61,591 bases of DNA from a bacterium (GCA_016787925.1 JAEUSK010000243.1:1-61591), one strand, 5' to 3'. Counted from the stretch's first letter, positions 15,021 to 24,501 are shown. The notes: generated from the sequence alone by a model not told the origin. Numbers and translations: made by a program.

Positions 15021-17801
15021 ATGAAAAAATGGGCAGCCATTGGGCTTTTAGCAATGTTTCTTTTTTATGTCGCTACGAATGCGACCGGGTTTTACACTGA
15101 ATTACTATGGTTCAGATCACTGGGATATGAAAATCCATTCTGGACGATGTATACGACAGAGTATCTGATAGGATTTGTGTATTTTGCGGTTTTTTGGATC
15201 ATCATAGGGTTGAACATACTTATCGCCTCGCGGGTAAAATCTGTAGTGGTAAAACCCGGCGGTGAGGTGTTTCAGCAGCAGCTTCAGTTCTTTGCAAAAC
15301 CTGCAAAGCTCATCTTTTTCGGATTACTTCTGTTTATCAGTTATATCATGGCAGCGGCGCCGGCGACCAAATGGATGCGCGTACTGCAGTTTTTTAACAG
15401 TGAGTCTTTCGGCGAACTGGATTCGGTTTTCCAAAAGGATATCGGCTTTTATGTTTATGAATTGCCCTTCTATCAGAGTATTATCAATTGGCTGTTTGGC
15501 GTCCTGGTTGTAACGATCATTGCAACGGCCGCCGTTCATGTATACAAACGCGCGGTTAACTTTACGCCGCAGGGCGTCAGTCTGGGCCAATTTACGCGTC
15601 GGCATATCATGGTGCTGATCGGACTGATCCTTTTTCTTTATGCGTTTGACTATCACTACAGCCAGTATGATATCTTATATAAGGATAACGGGATTGTGGT
15701 CGGAGCGGGCTACACCGATGTAAACGCCGCACTGACGGGGTTCATGCTCATGCAGGTGATTGCTTTGGTCGGCGCGTGCGGTGCATTTATCAGCGCATTC
15801 AAAGGAACATGGCGGTGGCTTATCGGAAGCGTCATACTTCAATTCGGCGCCGCATTCCTGCTTCTGAATATTTATCCGTCGTTGATACAGCGGTTTGTCG
15901 TGAAGCCCAATGAATTGGAAAAAGAAAAACCCTATATCGAAGAAAATATCAAGCAGACGCGCCGCGCGTATGAACTGGACAGAATTACCGAAAAGGATTT
16001 CAAGTATGACCTTGCGCTGACGTCGTCGGATATTAAAGCAAACAACGCGACAATCAAGAACGTCACGTTATGGGATTATCGGCCGTTGCGCGACTCCTAT
16101 TCGCAGTTACAGGAAATTCGTCCGTATTATAATTTTTATGATGTGGATATTGACCGTTATTTTGTCAATGGCGAATACCGGCAGGTCATGTTATCTGCGC
16201 GCGAACTCAACCTCCAGAAAATCGGAAGCGATAACTGGATTAATAAGACGTTCATTTATACCCATGGACACGGCATCGTAATGAGTCCCGTAAATGTGGT
16301 GACAACCGAAGGCCAACCGGAATTCTTCATCAAAAACATTCCCCCGGAAAAATCCGTGGACATTACATTAGAAAGGCCGGAAATCTACTTCGGAGAACTC
16401 CAGGGCATTGACGATTATATCGTGGTTAAGACGAGCAAAGAGGAATTTGATTTCCCGCTCGGAGAAAAAAATCAGCATACGTTCTACAAGGAAGACGCGG
16501 GGGTAGGTATCGGCAGCTTTGCACGGAAGGCCATGTTTGCAATCCGGTTCGGCAAATTTAACTTTTTGCTGAACGATTATATTCAACCGGAAAGCAAAAT
16601 CATTTATTACAGGAATATCAACGATCGCATTAAAAAATTGATTCCTTATATCAAGCTGGATAAAGACCCTTACATGGTTGCTGAAAATGGAAGACTGTAC
16701 TGGATCTACGACGGATTTACGACTACTGACCAGTATCCGTATGCCAAGATGTCGTACGAAAAAAGTTCGTCCCCTTTTGGCGCAGGCATAACATATAATT
16801 ATATCCGAAATTCCGTCAAAGTGGTGATCGATGCATATAACGGTTCCACGCAAATTTATAGTTTTAATTCTGAAACCGATCCGCTGATTAGGGTTTATTC
16901 AAAAATCTTTCCCGGCGTTTTCAAACCAATTCAGGATATGCCGGAGTATTTGAGGAAACATCTGCGTTATCCGCAGGATCTATTCGACATTCAGGCAAAA
17001 TTATTCACGTTCTATCATGTTGATGACGCCAATGTGTTCTTTAACCGGGAAGATGAGTGGAATATCGCAACCGAAAAATACGGCGACGATGTCAAGCGTA
17101 TGGAGAGTTATTATGTCATCATGAGGCTTCCGGGTGAATCGAAAGAAGAATTCTTACTCATGGTTCCGTTTACGCCAAACACCAAACCGAATATGATCGC
17201 GTGGTTTTGTGCCCGCAGCGATGGGGATAATTATGGAAAACTGTTGGTATATAAATTTCCGAAGAGCGAATTAGTCTATGGGCCATTGCAGGTAGAGAGC
17301 CGGATCGACCAGACGCCGGAAATTTCCGAAAAACTCACCTTGTGGAATCAGCAGGGATCCAGTGTGACGCGGGGCAACCTGCTCGTCATACCGATCAACA
17401 ATTCCGTTTTGTATGTAGAGCCTTTGTATCTTCAGTCGCAGCAAAGCAAAATGCCCGAACTGAAAAAAGTGATAGTTGCATTCGATAATTACATTTTTAT
17501 GGAAGACAATCTGGAGAATGGCCTTGAAAAAATTTTCGGAGGAAATTTTGCCGCGTTCAACCGAGACAAGCAGTCTGCAGCGACTGCTGAGACAGCTTCC
17601 GCGGTGACGGACAAGAATGTGTCTGCCATTTCTTCGGAAACAGCAAAAGCAATCAGAGATTTGTCGCGTTCCGCCATGGACAATTATAATAACGCTCAGG
17701 ATGCGCTGAAAAAAGGCAACTGGACTAAATACGGCGAAAGCTTAGAGCGGCTCAAAAAAGATCTTGAAAAACTAGCGGAACGAAGTAAAGGTATCAAATA
17801 A
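15021..17801 (+). CDS. UPF0182 family polytopic membrane protein
   Basis: 926 aa with about 7 N-terminal TM segments and a large soluble region. It carries the family hallmarks YTHGHGIVMSPVN and GNLLVIPINNSVLYVEPLYLQS. It starts 16 nt after the HEAT gene. Confidence 0.85.
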   Translation: MKKWAAIGLLAMFLFYVATNATGFYTELLWFRSLGYENPFWTMYTTEYLIGFVYFAVFWIIIGLNILIASRVKSVVVKPGGEVFQQQLQFFAKPAKLIFFGLLLFISYIMAAAPATKWMRVLQFFNSESFGELDSVFQKDIGFYVYELPFYQSIINWLFGVLVVTIIATAAVHVYKRAVNFTPQGVSLGQFTRRHIMVLIGLILFLYAFDYHYSQYDILYKDNGIVVGAGYTDVNAALTGFMLMQVIALVGACGAFISAFKGTWRWLIGSVILQFGAAFLLLNIYPSLIQRFVVKPNELEKEKPYIEENIKQTRRAYELDRITEKDFKYDLALTSSDIKANNATIKNVTLWDYRPLRDSYSQLQEIRPYYNFYDVDIDRYFVNGEYRQVMLSARELNLQKIGSDNWINKTFIYTHGHGIVMSPVNVVTTEGQPEFFIKNIPPEKSVDITLERPEIYFGELQGIDDYIVVKTSKEEFDFPLGEKNQHTFYKEDAGVGIGSFARKAMFAIRFGKFNFLLNDYIQPESKIIYYRNINDRIKKLIPYIKLDKDPYMVAENGRLYWIYDGFTTTDQYPYAKMSYEKSSSPFGAGITYNYIRNSVKVVIDAYNGSTQIYSFNSETDPLIRVYSKIFPGVFKPIQDMPEYLRKHLRYPQDLFDIQAKLFTFYHVDDANVFFNREDEWNIATEKYGDDVKRMESYYVIMRLPGESKEEFLLMVPFTPNTKPNMIAWFCARSDGDNYGKLLVYKFPKSELVYGPLQVESRIDQTPEISEKLTLWNQQGSSVTRGNLLVIPINNSVLYVEPLYLQSQQSKMPELKKVIVAFDNYIFMEDNLENGLEKIFGGNFAAFNRDKQSAATAETASAVTDKNVSAISSETAKAIRDLSRSAMDNYNNAQDALKKGNWTKYGESLERLKKDLEKLAERSKGIK

Positions 17802-17899
17802 TAAATATATGAAGCGGGTCGGACACGACTTCGGCAATTTCTGCTTCTCGTTGTTGATTGCGCGTTTAATTATTGAACGGATTTCAGAAAGCAGCATAT

Positions 17900-18613
17900 A
17901 TGAGCGATGCCAGTCTACATCAATCCATCGATGTTTTTACTAAAAGAACCGGATTGATTGTCAGCCAGAATCATGGCGATGCGCAGGAGATGGAATTCAA
18001 TTTATCTACGCTTTTGGGCATTAACATTCTTTTATGCCAATCGATACCCGATGCGCAGTTGATCTTAAAGGCGGAGCCTATAGACATCGTTATTCTCGAT
18101 ACAAAGATGGATCACCCAAATCCGTTCGTCATTTGTAAATTTATCAAGTCCGATGAAGCCTTGTGGAATATTCCTGTCGTGGCGCTGTTATCGGAAAATG
18201 CACTGAATAACCGCAGTCATGCGCTTAATTACGGAGCGGACGATTTTATCATGCGGCCGTTTGACTATTCTGAAGTGTACAGCAGAACCCGGGCGCAGCT
18301 TCGTTTGAGGGAATTGTATCTGCAGTTGCTGAAAGATGAACGGCTTAAAGTCTTATTTGAAATGGCCGGCGCAGCGGCCCATGAATTGGCTCAGCCTGTA
18401 ACGGGCGCCATGGCGTTGATTCAGGTCATTTTAGCCAAACGCGAAAAAGAAATAACAGATGTCGATACAGAAATGAAAATGTTATATGAGTGCCTTCAGC
18501 GCGCTACCGACGTTATACATAAGATCCAGCGGATTAGGAAATATGAAACGACCGCGTACGCGGGTTCAAGTCAGATCATAGATATCAACAAAGCCTCCGA
18601 TTCGAACCGATAA
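17900..18613 (+). CDS. Degenerate receiver (pseudo-REC) fused to a DHp/H-box region, with no ATPase domain
   Basis: The REC-like fold keeps the phospho-Asp position (VILDTKMD) but has CQ in place of the acidic DD pair and R in place of the conserved K (IMRPF). The H-box is AAAHELAQPVTG. The ORF stops about 75 aa later. I use the ATG at 17900. A TTG at 17873 is an alternative start. Confidence 0.75.
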   Translation: MSDASLHQSIDVFTKRTGLIVSQNHGDAQEMEFNLSTLLGINILLCQSIPDAQLILKAEPIDIVILDTKMDHPNPFVICKFIKSDEALWNIPVVALLSENALNNRSHALNYGADDFIMRPFDYSEVYSRTRAQLRLRELYLQLLKDERLKVLFEMAGAAAHELAQPVTGAMALIQVILAKREKEITDVDTEMKMLYECLQRATDVIHKIQRIRKYETTAYAGSSQIIDINKASDSNR

Positions 18614-18615
18614 GC

Positions 18616-20082
18616 ATGACTCTTCCAGATCGTACCCATAGTCAAATTGCGCCGCCATTTCCAATTGGATTTGACACTATTTTGGACTATGACTCATTAT
18701 CCAAAATTTGTGAGTCTGCGCGTGTGGAGGGCGCCGACTTTTCAGAGGTATACGTTGAACGGCGTCTGTCGACATGGATTACTTTGGTAGAGGACAAAAT
18801 CAATGTAGTTCGGGTCGGCGTTAAGGCAGGCGCCGGAGTTCGTGTGATTCGCGGAACGCACATTGGCTATGCTTATTGTGAGGAACTGCGCCCGGCGAGT
18901 ATCGGAATCGCCGCAAAAACGGCGGCATACATCAGTCATGAAGACAATCCGGAACCGTTTTCGAATCCAGTGAATATAGCTCGTCCGCAAAAGAATGAGT
19001 CAGTATCGTTCTATCAGATTGAAGCCGATGCCGGGAAAAAGACGGACTTATTGCGCAGGGCCAACTCAGCCGCGCGCGATGAGGATAAGCGCGTGACGGA
19101 AGTGAGTTGCTCGTATTATGACGAAGTAAAGGAAATTCGCATAGTTAATTCCGACGGGTTACGATGCGATGACCAACGCTCGCTTTACGGGCTTCATGTG
19201 TTTGTTTTGACGGCCGATGGAGGCAGTAATAATTCCGGCTACGCAACGGGCGGAGGCCGATATCCTTTTACCTATTTTGAAAAGAGAACTCCGGAGATGA
19301 TCGCGCGCGACGCATCCCGGCAGGCGTTGCGTAAGCTGAGATCGTGTGCATGCCCGGCGGGGCAATTCCCGGTAGTTATCAACAAAGGGTGGGGCGGCGT
19401 GCTGATCCATGAAGCCGTCGGCCACGGACTTGAAAGCGATTTTAATCGGCGCGGTTCATCTGTCTACACGGGAAAAATCGGTCAAAAAATTGCTTCAGAA
19501 TATGTGACAATCATCGATGACGGAACAATACCCAACGGACGCGGATCATCGAATACCGACGATGAAGGAACGATCACACAAAAAAATATCCTGATAGAGA
19601 ATGGAATTTTGCAAAATTATTTGTATGATAAGTACAATGCGCATCTAATGAAGGCGGCGCCGACAGGCAACGGCAGAAGAGAGAATTTCACGCAGCTTCC
19701 GATGCCGCGCATGACCAATACGTATATCACGCGTGGAAATGATGATCCGGAAGACTTGATTCACTCCGTCAAATGCGGTCTGTACGTGCAAACTCTTGGC
19801 GGCGGTCAGGTTGACATCGCCAGCGGCAATTTTGTATTTGAAGTTCAGGAAGGATACTGGATCGAAAACGGTAAGATCACGTATCCGGTTCTCGGCGCAA
19901 ATTTGATTGGCCATGGGCCGGATATTCTCAATAAGATCGATGGAGTAGGATATGATTTAGAAATAGAAACCGGCGCAGGAACCTGCAGTAAAGAGGGTCA
20001 GGCTATTCATGTTGGCGTTGGACAACCGACGATAAAGATAGGTAAAATGACGATCGGTGGAACAAGGTTAAAAATGGCATAA
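18616..20082 (+). CDS. tldD: TldD family metalloprotease
   Basis: 488 aa with an HEAVGHGLESDF zinc motif and typical TldD length and architecture. Confidence 0.9.
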   Translation: MTLPDRTHSQIAPPFPIGFDTILDYDSLSKICESARVEGADFSEVYVERRLSTWITLVEDKINVVRVGVKAGAGVRVIRGTHIGYAYCEELRPASIGIAAKTAAYISHEDNPEPFSNPVNIARPQKNESVSFYQIEADAGKKTDLLRRANSAARDEDKRVTEVSCSYYDEVKEIRIVNSDGLRCDDQRSLYGLHVFVLTADGGSNNSGYATGGGRYPFTYFEKRTPEMIARDASRQALRKLRSCACPAGQFPVVINKGWGGVLIHEAVGHGLESDFNRRGSSVYTGKIGQKIASEYVTIIDDGTIPNGRGSSNTDDEGTITQKNILIENGILQNYLYDKYNAHLMKAAPTGNGRRENFTQLPMPRMTNTYITRGNDDPEDLIHSVKCGLYVQTLGGGQVDIASGNFVFEVQEGYWIENGKITYPVLGANLIGHGPDILNKIDGVGYDLEIETGAGTCSKEGQAIHVGVGQPTIKIGKMTIGGTRLKMA

Positions 20083-20106
20083 CAATTTTCATAAAAACAA
20101 AGGCGT

Positions 20107-20592
20107 ATGCAGGCACAAAAAGCGCTTCCCCTTAGCAGTTGGCACATAGCCTTCCCCAACGACACGAATCCTCACGGCACAATGTTCGGCGGCAAAGTGA
20201 TGGCAATCCTGGATATTCAGGCAGGTATCGTAGCATCGCATTATTGCCACAAGATCGTCGTCACAGCGTCAACGGAGGCGGTAGATTTCAGAAACCCGGT
20301 GAAAGTCGGAGATCGTTTGGAGACCATTGCGCGCGTGGTGTACGTCGGAAAAACTTCGCTGGTGATCAAGATTGACGCGTATTCGGAAAATCCATTGTCG
20401 GGTAAGCGTAGACATTGTACGACGGCCTTTTTCAATATGGTCGCTCTGGACGAAGACGGTTCGCCAACGCCAATTCCGCCGTTGATCGTCGAAACCGGAG
20501 AGGAAAAAAGGGACTTTGAATTGGCTCAATTGATCAAACATAATGCGCTCGAGCGAAAGAAAAAAGTTCAGCAAGCAGCGAAAGACGAATAA
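20107..20592 (+). CDS. Acyl-CoA thioesterase (hotdog fold, YciA-like)
   Basis: 161 aa with a PNDTNPHGTMFGGKVMAILD signature. Confidence 0.85.
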   Translation: MQAQKALPLSSWHIAFPNDTNPHGTMFGGKVMAILDIQAGIVASHYCHKIVVTASTEAVDFRNPVKVGDRLETIARVVYVGKTSLVIKIDAYSENPLSGKRRHCTTAFFNMVALDEDGSPTPIPPLIVETGEEKRDFELAQLIKHNALERKKKVQQAAKDE

Positions 20593-20624
20593 TAAAGTTA
20601 ACTTCATTTACCATTTGAGGATTC

Positions 20625-21485
20625 ATGATACCGACTCTTTTTGAAATCCCAATTTTTGGCGGCATACCGATTCATAGCTTTGGCCTGATGCTGGCGATGT
20701 CATTTCTAACGACAAGTTTTGTGCTCAAAAAATTATTTAAACGGGCAAATTATCCGGCGGATTTGGCCGATCAGGTTATACTGGTCGCAGCCATTGCCGG
20801 GTTGGCTGGATCAAAGCTATATTACCTTCTCTTTGAAGCGTTTGACCGCTTTCTGAAGCATCCGATAGATATGCTTTTTTCCGGCGCTGGTCTGACCTGG
20901 TATGGTGGGTTTGTTCTTGCCATGATCAGCATCATCTGGCTGATAAGAAAAAATAAGTTGCCGGTTCTCAAATCGATTGACATGATATCGGTACCGCTGC
21001 CGTTAGGTTATGGCATCGGGCGTATCGGTTGCCATCTGGCAGGCGACGGAGATTACGGTAAGCCATGGGACGGGATTTTTGCAACGGATTATTCCAAAGG
21101 CATCGTACCGCCATCGCAGGCGTTTTACGGAACGGAGATAGCAAAGGACTATCCCAATGGAATTGTACCGGACCACACATTGTGCCATCCAACGCCAATG
21201 TATGAAACGGTTTTTTCCATTATTATCTTTGCCATACTTTGGTATACCACAAAGAAAAAACTTCCTGCCGGATTTCAAATTTCACTTTATTTCATGCTTG
21301 GCGGGCTTCAGCGTTTCCTGATTGAATTTCTCCGCATTAATCCAAAAGTCGCTTTCGACCTCAGCGGCGCGCAGCTGATCAGCCTGGTTTTGATCTTGTT
21401 CGGCGGTATATGGATGTTTTGGGCTTTTAAAATACAACCCAAATCGGAATTGGACAGAATATCAGCGAAAATTAGAAAGTCGTGA
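20625..21485 (+). CDS. lgt: Prolipoprotein diacylglyceryl transferase family protein
   Basis: 286 aa and polytopic, with an Lgt-like N-terminus (IPIHSFGLMLAMSFL) and a GRIGCHLAGDGDYG variant of the GRxGN loop. Confidence 0.7.
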   Translation: MIPTLFEIPIFGGIPIHSFGLMLAMSFLTTSFVLKKLFKRANYPADLADQVILVAAIAGLAGSKLYYLLFEAFDRFLKHPIDMLFSGAGLTWYGGFVLAMISIIWLIRKNKLPVLKSIDMISVPLPLGYGIGRIGCHLAGDGDYGKPWDGIFATDYSKGIVPPSQAFYGTEIAKDYPNGIVPDHTLCHPTPMYETVFSIIIFAILWYTTKKKLPAGFQISLYFMLGGLQRFLIEFLRINPKVAFDLSGAQLISLVLILFGGIWMFWAFKIQPKSELDRISAKIRKS

Positions 21486-22174
21486 ACGGCTTTACCAAAA
21501 TACTGACGGCAATATTCTGTGTTTGGTTAGTGAACCGGGCAGATATTGCAACTGTACAGGCCGGCAGCGAACAAACGAGCAGGTTTACGATCGCCAGAAT
21601 CAAATACGGCGGCGGCGGCGACTGGTACGGCAATAAAACGGCCTTAAATAATCTATTGCGATATCTGAAAGAGCAGACCAATATTGTTACCGCGAACGCC
21701 GAATCTTTTGTTGAACTTTCAGATATCAAGTTGTTCGACTATTCATTCCTGTATATGGCGGGACATGGGAATGTGAAGTTTTCAGATGCCGATGTGAAAA
21801 ATTTGCGAACGCATCTGACGCATGGCGGATTCCTTTGGTGTGATGACGACTACGGAATAGACAAGTTTTTTCGACGCGAAATGAAGAAAGTTTTTCCTGA
21901 ACTTGAATTTGTTCCAATACCTTTCTCACATCCTTTATATCATATTTATTATGATTTTTCGAACGGACTTCCGAAGATTCATGAACACGACGGCGGCGCG
22001 TCCGAAGCATTTGGTTTGTTCTGGAAAGGGCGTTTGGTTTGCTTCTATTCGAAAAACACGGATATCAGCGACGGCCTTGAAGGGCCGGATGTTTTTCCCG
22101 AAGACGGAATAGAAAAACATCAGCAAGCGCTGAAAATTGCAACGAATATTGTCATGTATGCATTAACTTATTAA
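21482..22174 (+). CDS. DUF4159-like secreted protein
   Basis: 230 aa with a signal peptide and an ARIKYGGGGDWYGNKTALNNLL motif characteristic of DUF4159 (assignment from memory). Its GTG start overlaps the lgt stop (GTGA). Confidence 0.65.
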   Translation: MNGFTKILTAIFCVWLVNRADIATVQAGSEQTSRFTIARIKYGGGGDWYGNKTALNNLLRYLKEQTNIVTANAESFVELSDIKLFDYSFLYMAGHGNVKFSDADVKNLRTHLTHGGFLWCDDDYGIDKFFRREMKKVFPELEFVPIPFSHPLYHIYYDFSNGLPKIHEHDGGASEAFGLFWKGRLVCFYSKNTDISDGLEGPDVFPEDGIEKHQQALKIATNIVMYALTY

Positions 22175-22193
22175 TTTATTTCAAGGACAAATT

Positions 22194-22883
22194 ATGAAAT
22201 CGACACTGCTTGACAGAGTATTTGACGGTGTGATATTATGTTTGATGTTAGTTGCTCTGTACTTTGTGTTTATCTGGGTTCCGAACGAAAAAACAATGGG
22301 AATCATTCAACGAATATTCTATTTTCATGTACCGGCTGCCTGGGTTGCTTTCCTGGCATTTGGAATCGTATTTGCCGCGAGTATCGCTTACCTGGTTAGC
22401 CGTAATGACCATTGGGATCTTATTGCGGCGATATCTGCGGAATTGGGGCTTGTTTTTTGTTCTATCATGTTGATCACAGGCCCGATATGGGCTAAGCCGG
22501 TTTGGGGAATTTGGTGGACATGGGATCCGCGATTGACACTTGCGCTCGTGTTATGGCTGATCTATGTCGCCTACGTCATGCTGAGAATTTACATTGAGGA
22601 TGAAGGCAAACGGGCCCGTTTATCGGCCGTAGTGGGCATCATCGGTTTTCTTGACGTGCCGTTAGTATACATGTCGATCCGTTGGTGGCGTACTCAGCAT
22701 CCGGCGGCCGTGATGGGCGGGGGAGAAAAATCGGGACTCGCCCCGGAAATGATGTTGACGTTTATTATTTGTTTAGTAACCTTCACTGCGCTATTCTTTT
22801 ATTTGCTTCAGAAACGATATGGAATTGAAAAAGCGGAACAGGAAATCAATGAGCTTTATAAAAAACTCGGTGATCATGATTGA
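22194..22883 (+). CDS. ccmC: CcmC/CcsA-family cytochrome c assembly (heme-handling) protein
   Basis: 229 aa with 6 TM segments and a WWD motif (WGIWWTWDPRLT). The conserved His positions flank the motif. Confidence 0.8.
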   Translation: MKSTLLDRVFDGVILCLMLVALYFVFIWVPNEKTMGIIQRIFYFHVPAAWVAFLAFGIVFAASIAYLVSRNDHWDLIAAISAELGLVFCSIMLITGPIWAKPVWGIWWTWDPRLTLALVLWLIYVAYVMLRIYIEDEGKRARLSAVVGIIGFLDVPLVYMSIRWWRTQHPAAVMGGGEKSGLAPEMMLTFIICLVTFTALFFYLLQKRYGIEKAEQEINELYKKLGDHD

Positions 22884-22901
22884 TCTATCGGTTTTCTTTT
22901 C

Positions 22902-22931
22902 TTGACTCTCGTTGAACTCCTTGTGTATATT
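22902..22931 (+). promoter_or_regulatory. Possible promoter for the PorV/PorQ-like gene
   Basis: TTGACT (22902-22907), 18 nt, TATATT (22926-22931). Confidence 0.3.
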
Positions 22932-22971
22932 GTTTTGTCAATTTTGTTTATCAAAATTATAGGAATTTTTC

Positions 22972-23889
22972 ATGATCCGATTCGTCCTGCTGCTAATTTG
23001 TATAAGTTTTACCGCATTGTATGCGGGCGAAAGGGGATATCAATTTTTACGTGTTGGCGTTCCGGCAAGGGCGACGGGGTTGGGTGACACGTATGTGTCT
23101 CAATTTGGGGATGTAAACACATTCATGTATAATCCTGCCGGTTTATCCAAGCTCTCCCATAAGCAATTTTCCGCCGGCTACATGAATCATATTCTTGACA
23201 TCGGATCCGGTCACGCGGCATATGCGCAGCCATATAAAGATATCGGTGTATTCGGCGCCGGGCTTGTCTATTTTGGATACGGGGACTTTAAAGGATACGA
23301 TGCCTCCGGATATGCGACAAGCAGTTTTTCATCCAGCGATTACGCACTAAGTTTGTTTTATGCACGTCAGCTGAAAGAAAATGTTCATTTCGGCGCGACG
23401 GTAAAGATCATTCGATCTGCTATTGAGAACTATTCATCCGGCGCGGTTGCCGTAGATGTCGGCGCCATTTATATTTTGCCGCAATATGACGCACAAGTCG
23501 GAGCAAGCCTTTTAAATGCCGGCATTGTAACTCATGCGTTTCTTAATCACAAAGAAAAACTTCCGGTCAGTTTCCAGTTGGGTGTTTCCAGGAAATGGAA
23601 TTTCACCACATTTAGCCTGAACCTCTCAGACCTAAATCTGCCCGGCAACAGACTGGAAAGATTTGCCGTTAGCGCCGAAGCTGATCCATGGAAAAAAATA
23701 ACCATGCGCATCGGTTATAATCAGCAGCGCAAGAGCGAGCTTGATCTGAAAGGATCCGGTTTTCTTAACGGCGCGTCAGGCCTGTCCGCCGGCTTGGGCT
23801 TCAAACACCAGAACTACGTATTTGACTATTCATTCGCCTCATGGGGAATCGGGGCTGTCAACCGATTTTCTTTAACAGTAAATTTTTAG
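22972..23889 (+). CDS. PorV/PorQ-family outer-membrane beta-barrel protein
   Basis: 305 aa with a signal peptide and an N-terminal motif (FLRVGVPARATGLGDTYVSQFGDVNTFMYNPAGL) typical of the family. It has alternating beta-strand patterns and a C-terminal F. Confidence 0.7.
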   Translation: MIRFVLLLICISFTALYAGERGYQFLRVGVPARATGLGDTYVSQFGDVNTFMYNPAGLSKLSHKQFSAGYMNHILDIGSGHAAYAQPYKDIGVFGAGLVYFGYGDFKGYDASGYATSSFSSSDYALSLFYARQLKENVHFGATVKIIRSAIENYSSGAVAVDVGAIYILPQYDAQVGASLLNAGIVTHAFLNHKEKLPVSFQLGVSRKWNFTTFSLNLSDLNLPGNRLERFAVSAEADPWKKITMRIGYNQQRKSELDLKGSGFLNGASGLSAGLGFKHQNYVFDYSFASWGIGAVNRFSLTVNF

Positions 23890-23900
23890 GATTTTGTACC

Positions 23901-24464
23901 ATGAACATATTCAACGATCCGAATTTTATTTGGACAGCCTTTAATCTAACCGTTCTTCTCTACGTTCTTTATGATATCTACGAGGAATTATCAACCATTT
24001 TTACCTACTTCGCCAGGACCGCACAAATGGATGGTTTTTTTGTTACGTTTGTGAACCGCTTGTCATCGAGAGTTTATTTCATTTTGATGCTCATTAGCGC
24101 CAGCCTTCTCTTTGTCGTAAATAATGCCGAGATGCTCGACGCGGTCATGTTAGTTGCACCCGTTGCATTACTGATCGGATTTTTTGTAAACACACTTATC
24201 TGCAAAATGTGTTTTATTAACGACATAGGGCTGGGAACCGTTTCGCCAAATTACGAAATGGAAATTAAGTGGAATGAGATTAACGGCTTTAGTTGGGAGC
24301 AAAATGTATTATTTTTGACTCTGAATCGAAAGTGGTTTACCCGAAAAAAAATTAAGTTCAGCGATTCGTCGGCGATTGCAGTTGTCAATGAACGTCTCCA
24401 AAGCCTTACCCGCCATGGCTCACATGTTTCGTCAGATTCAATGGGCATAAAAGCTATTAAGTAA
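23901..24464 (+). CDS. Hypothetical membrane protein
   Basis: I use the ATG at 23901 (MNIFNDPNF...). It has three hydrophobic segments followed by a small soluble C-terminal domain. The track's start at 23841 overlaps the preceding gene. Confidence 0.55.
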   Translation: MNIFNDPNFIWTAFNLTVLLYVLYDIYEELSTIFTYFARTAQMDGFFVTFVNRLSSRVYFILMLISASLLFVVNNAEMLDAVMLVAPVALLIGFFVNTLICKMCFINDIGLGTVSPNYEMEIKWNEINGFSWEQNVLFLTLNRKWFTRKKIKFSDSSAIAVVNERLQSLTRHGSHVSSDSMGIKAIK

Positions 24465-24501
24465 TAACGAAGCTACCGATCCTTTTTCATGGAGAAAAAT
24501 T

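Noticed and set aside
22902-23087. A small TTG-initiated ORF after ccmC, with a hydrophobic N-terminus, considered as a possible CcmD.
   Set aside because: It overlaps, in another frame, the well-supported signal peptide and N-terminus of the PorV/PorQ-like gene (start 22972). It has no SD. Its 'start' TTG is part of the TTGACT -35-like hexamer.
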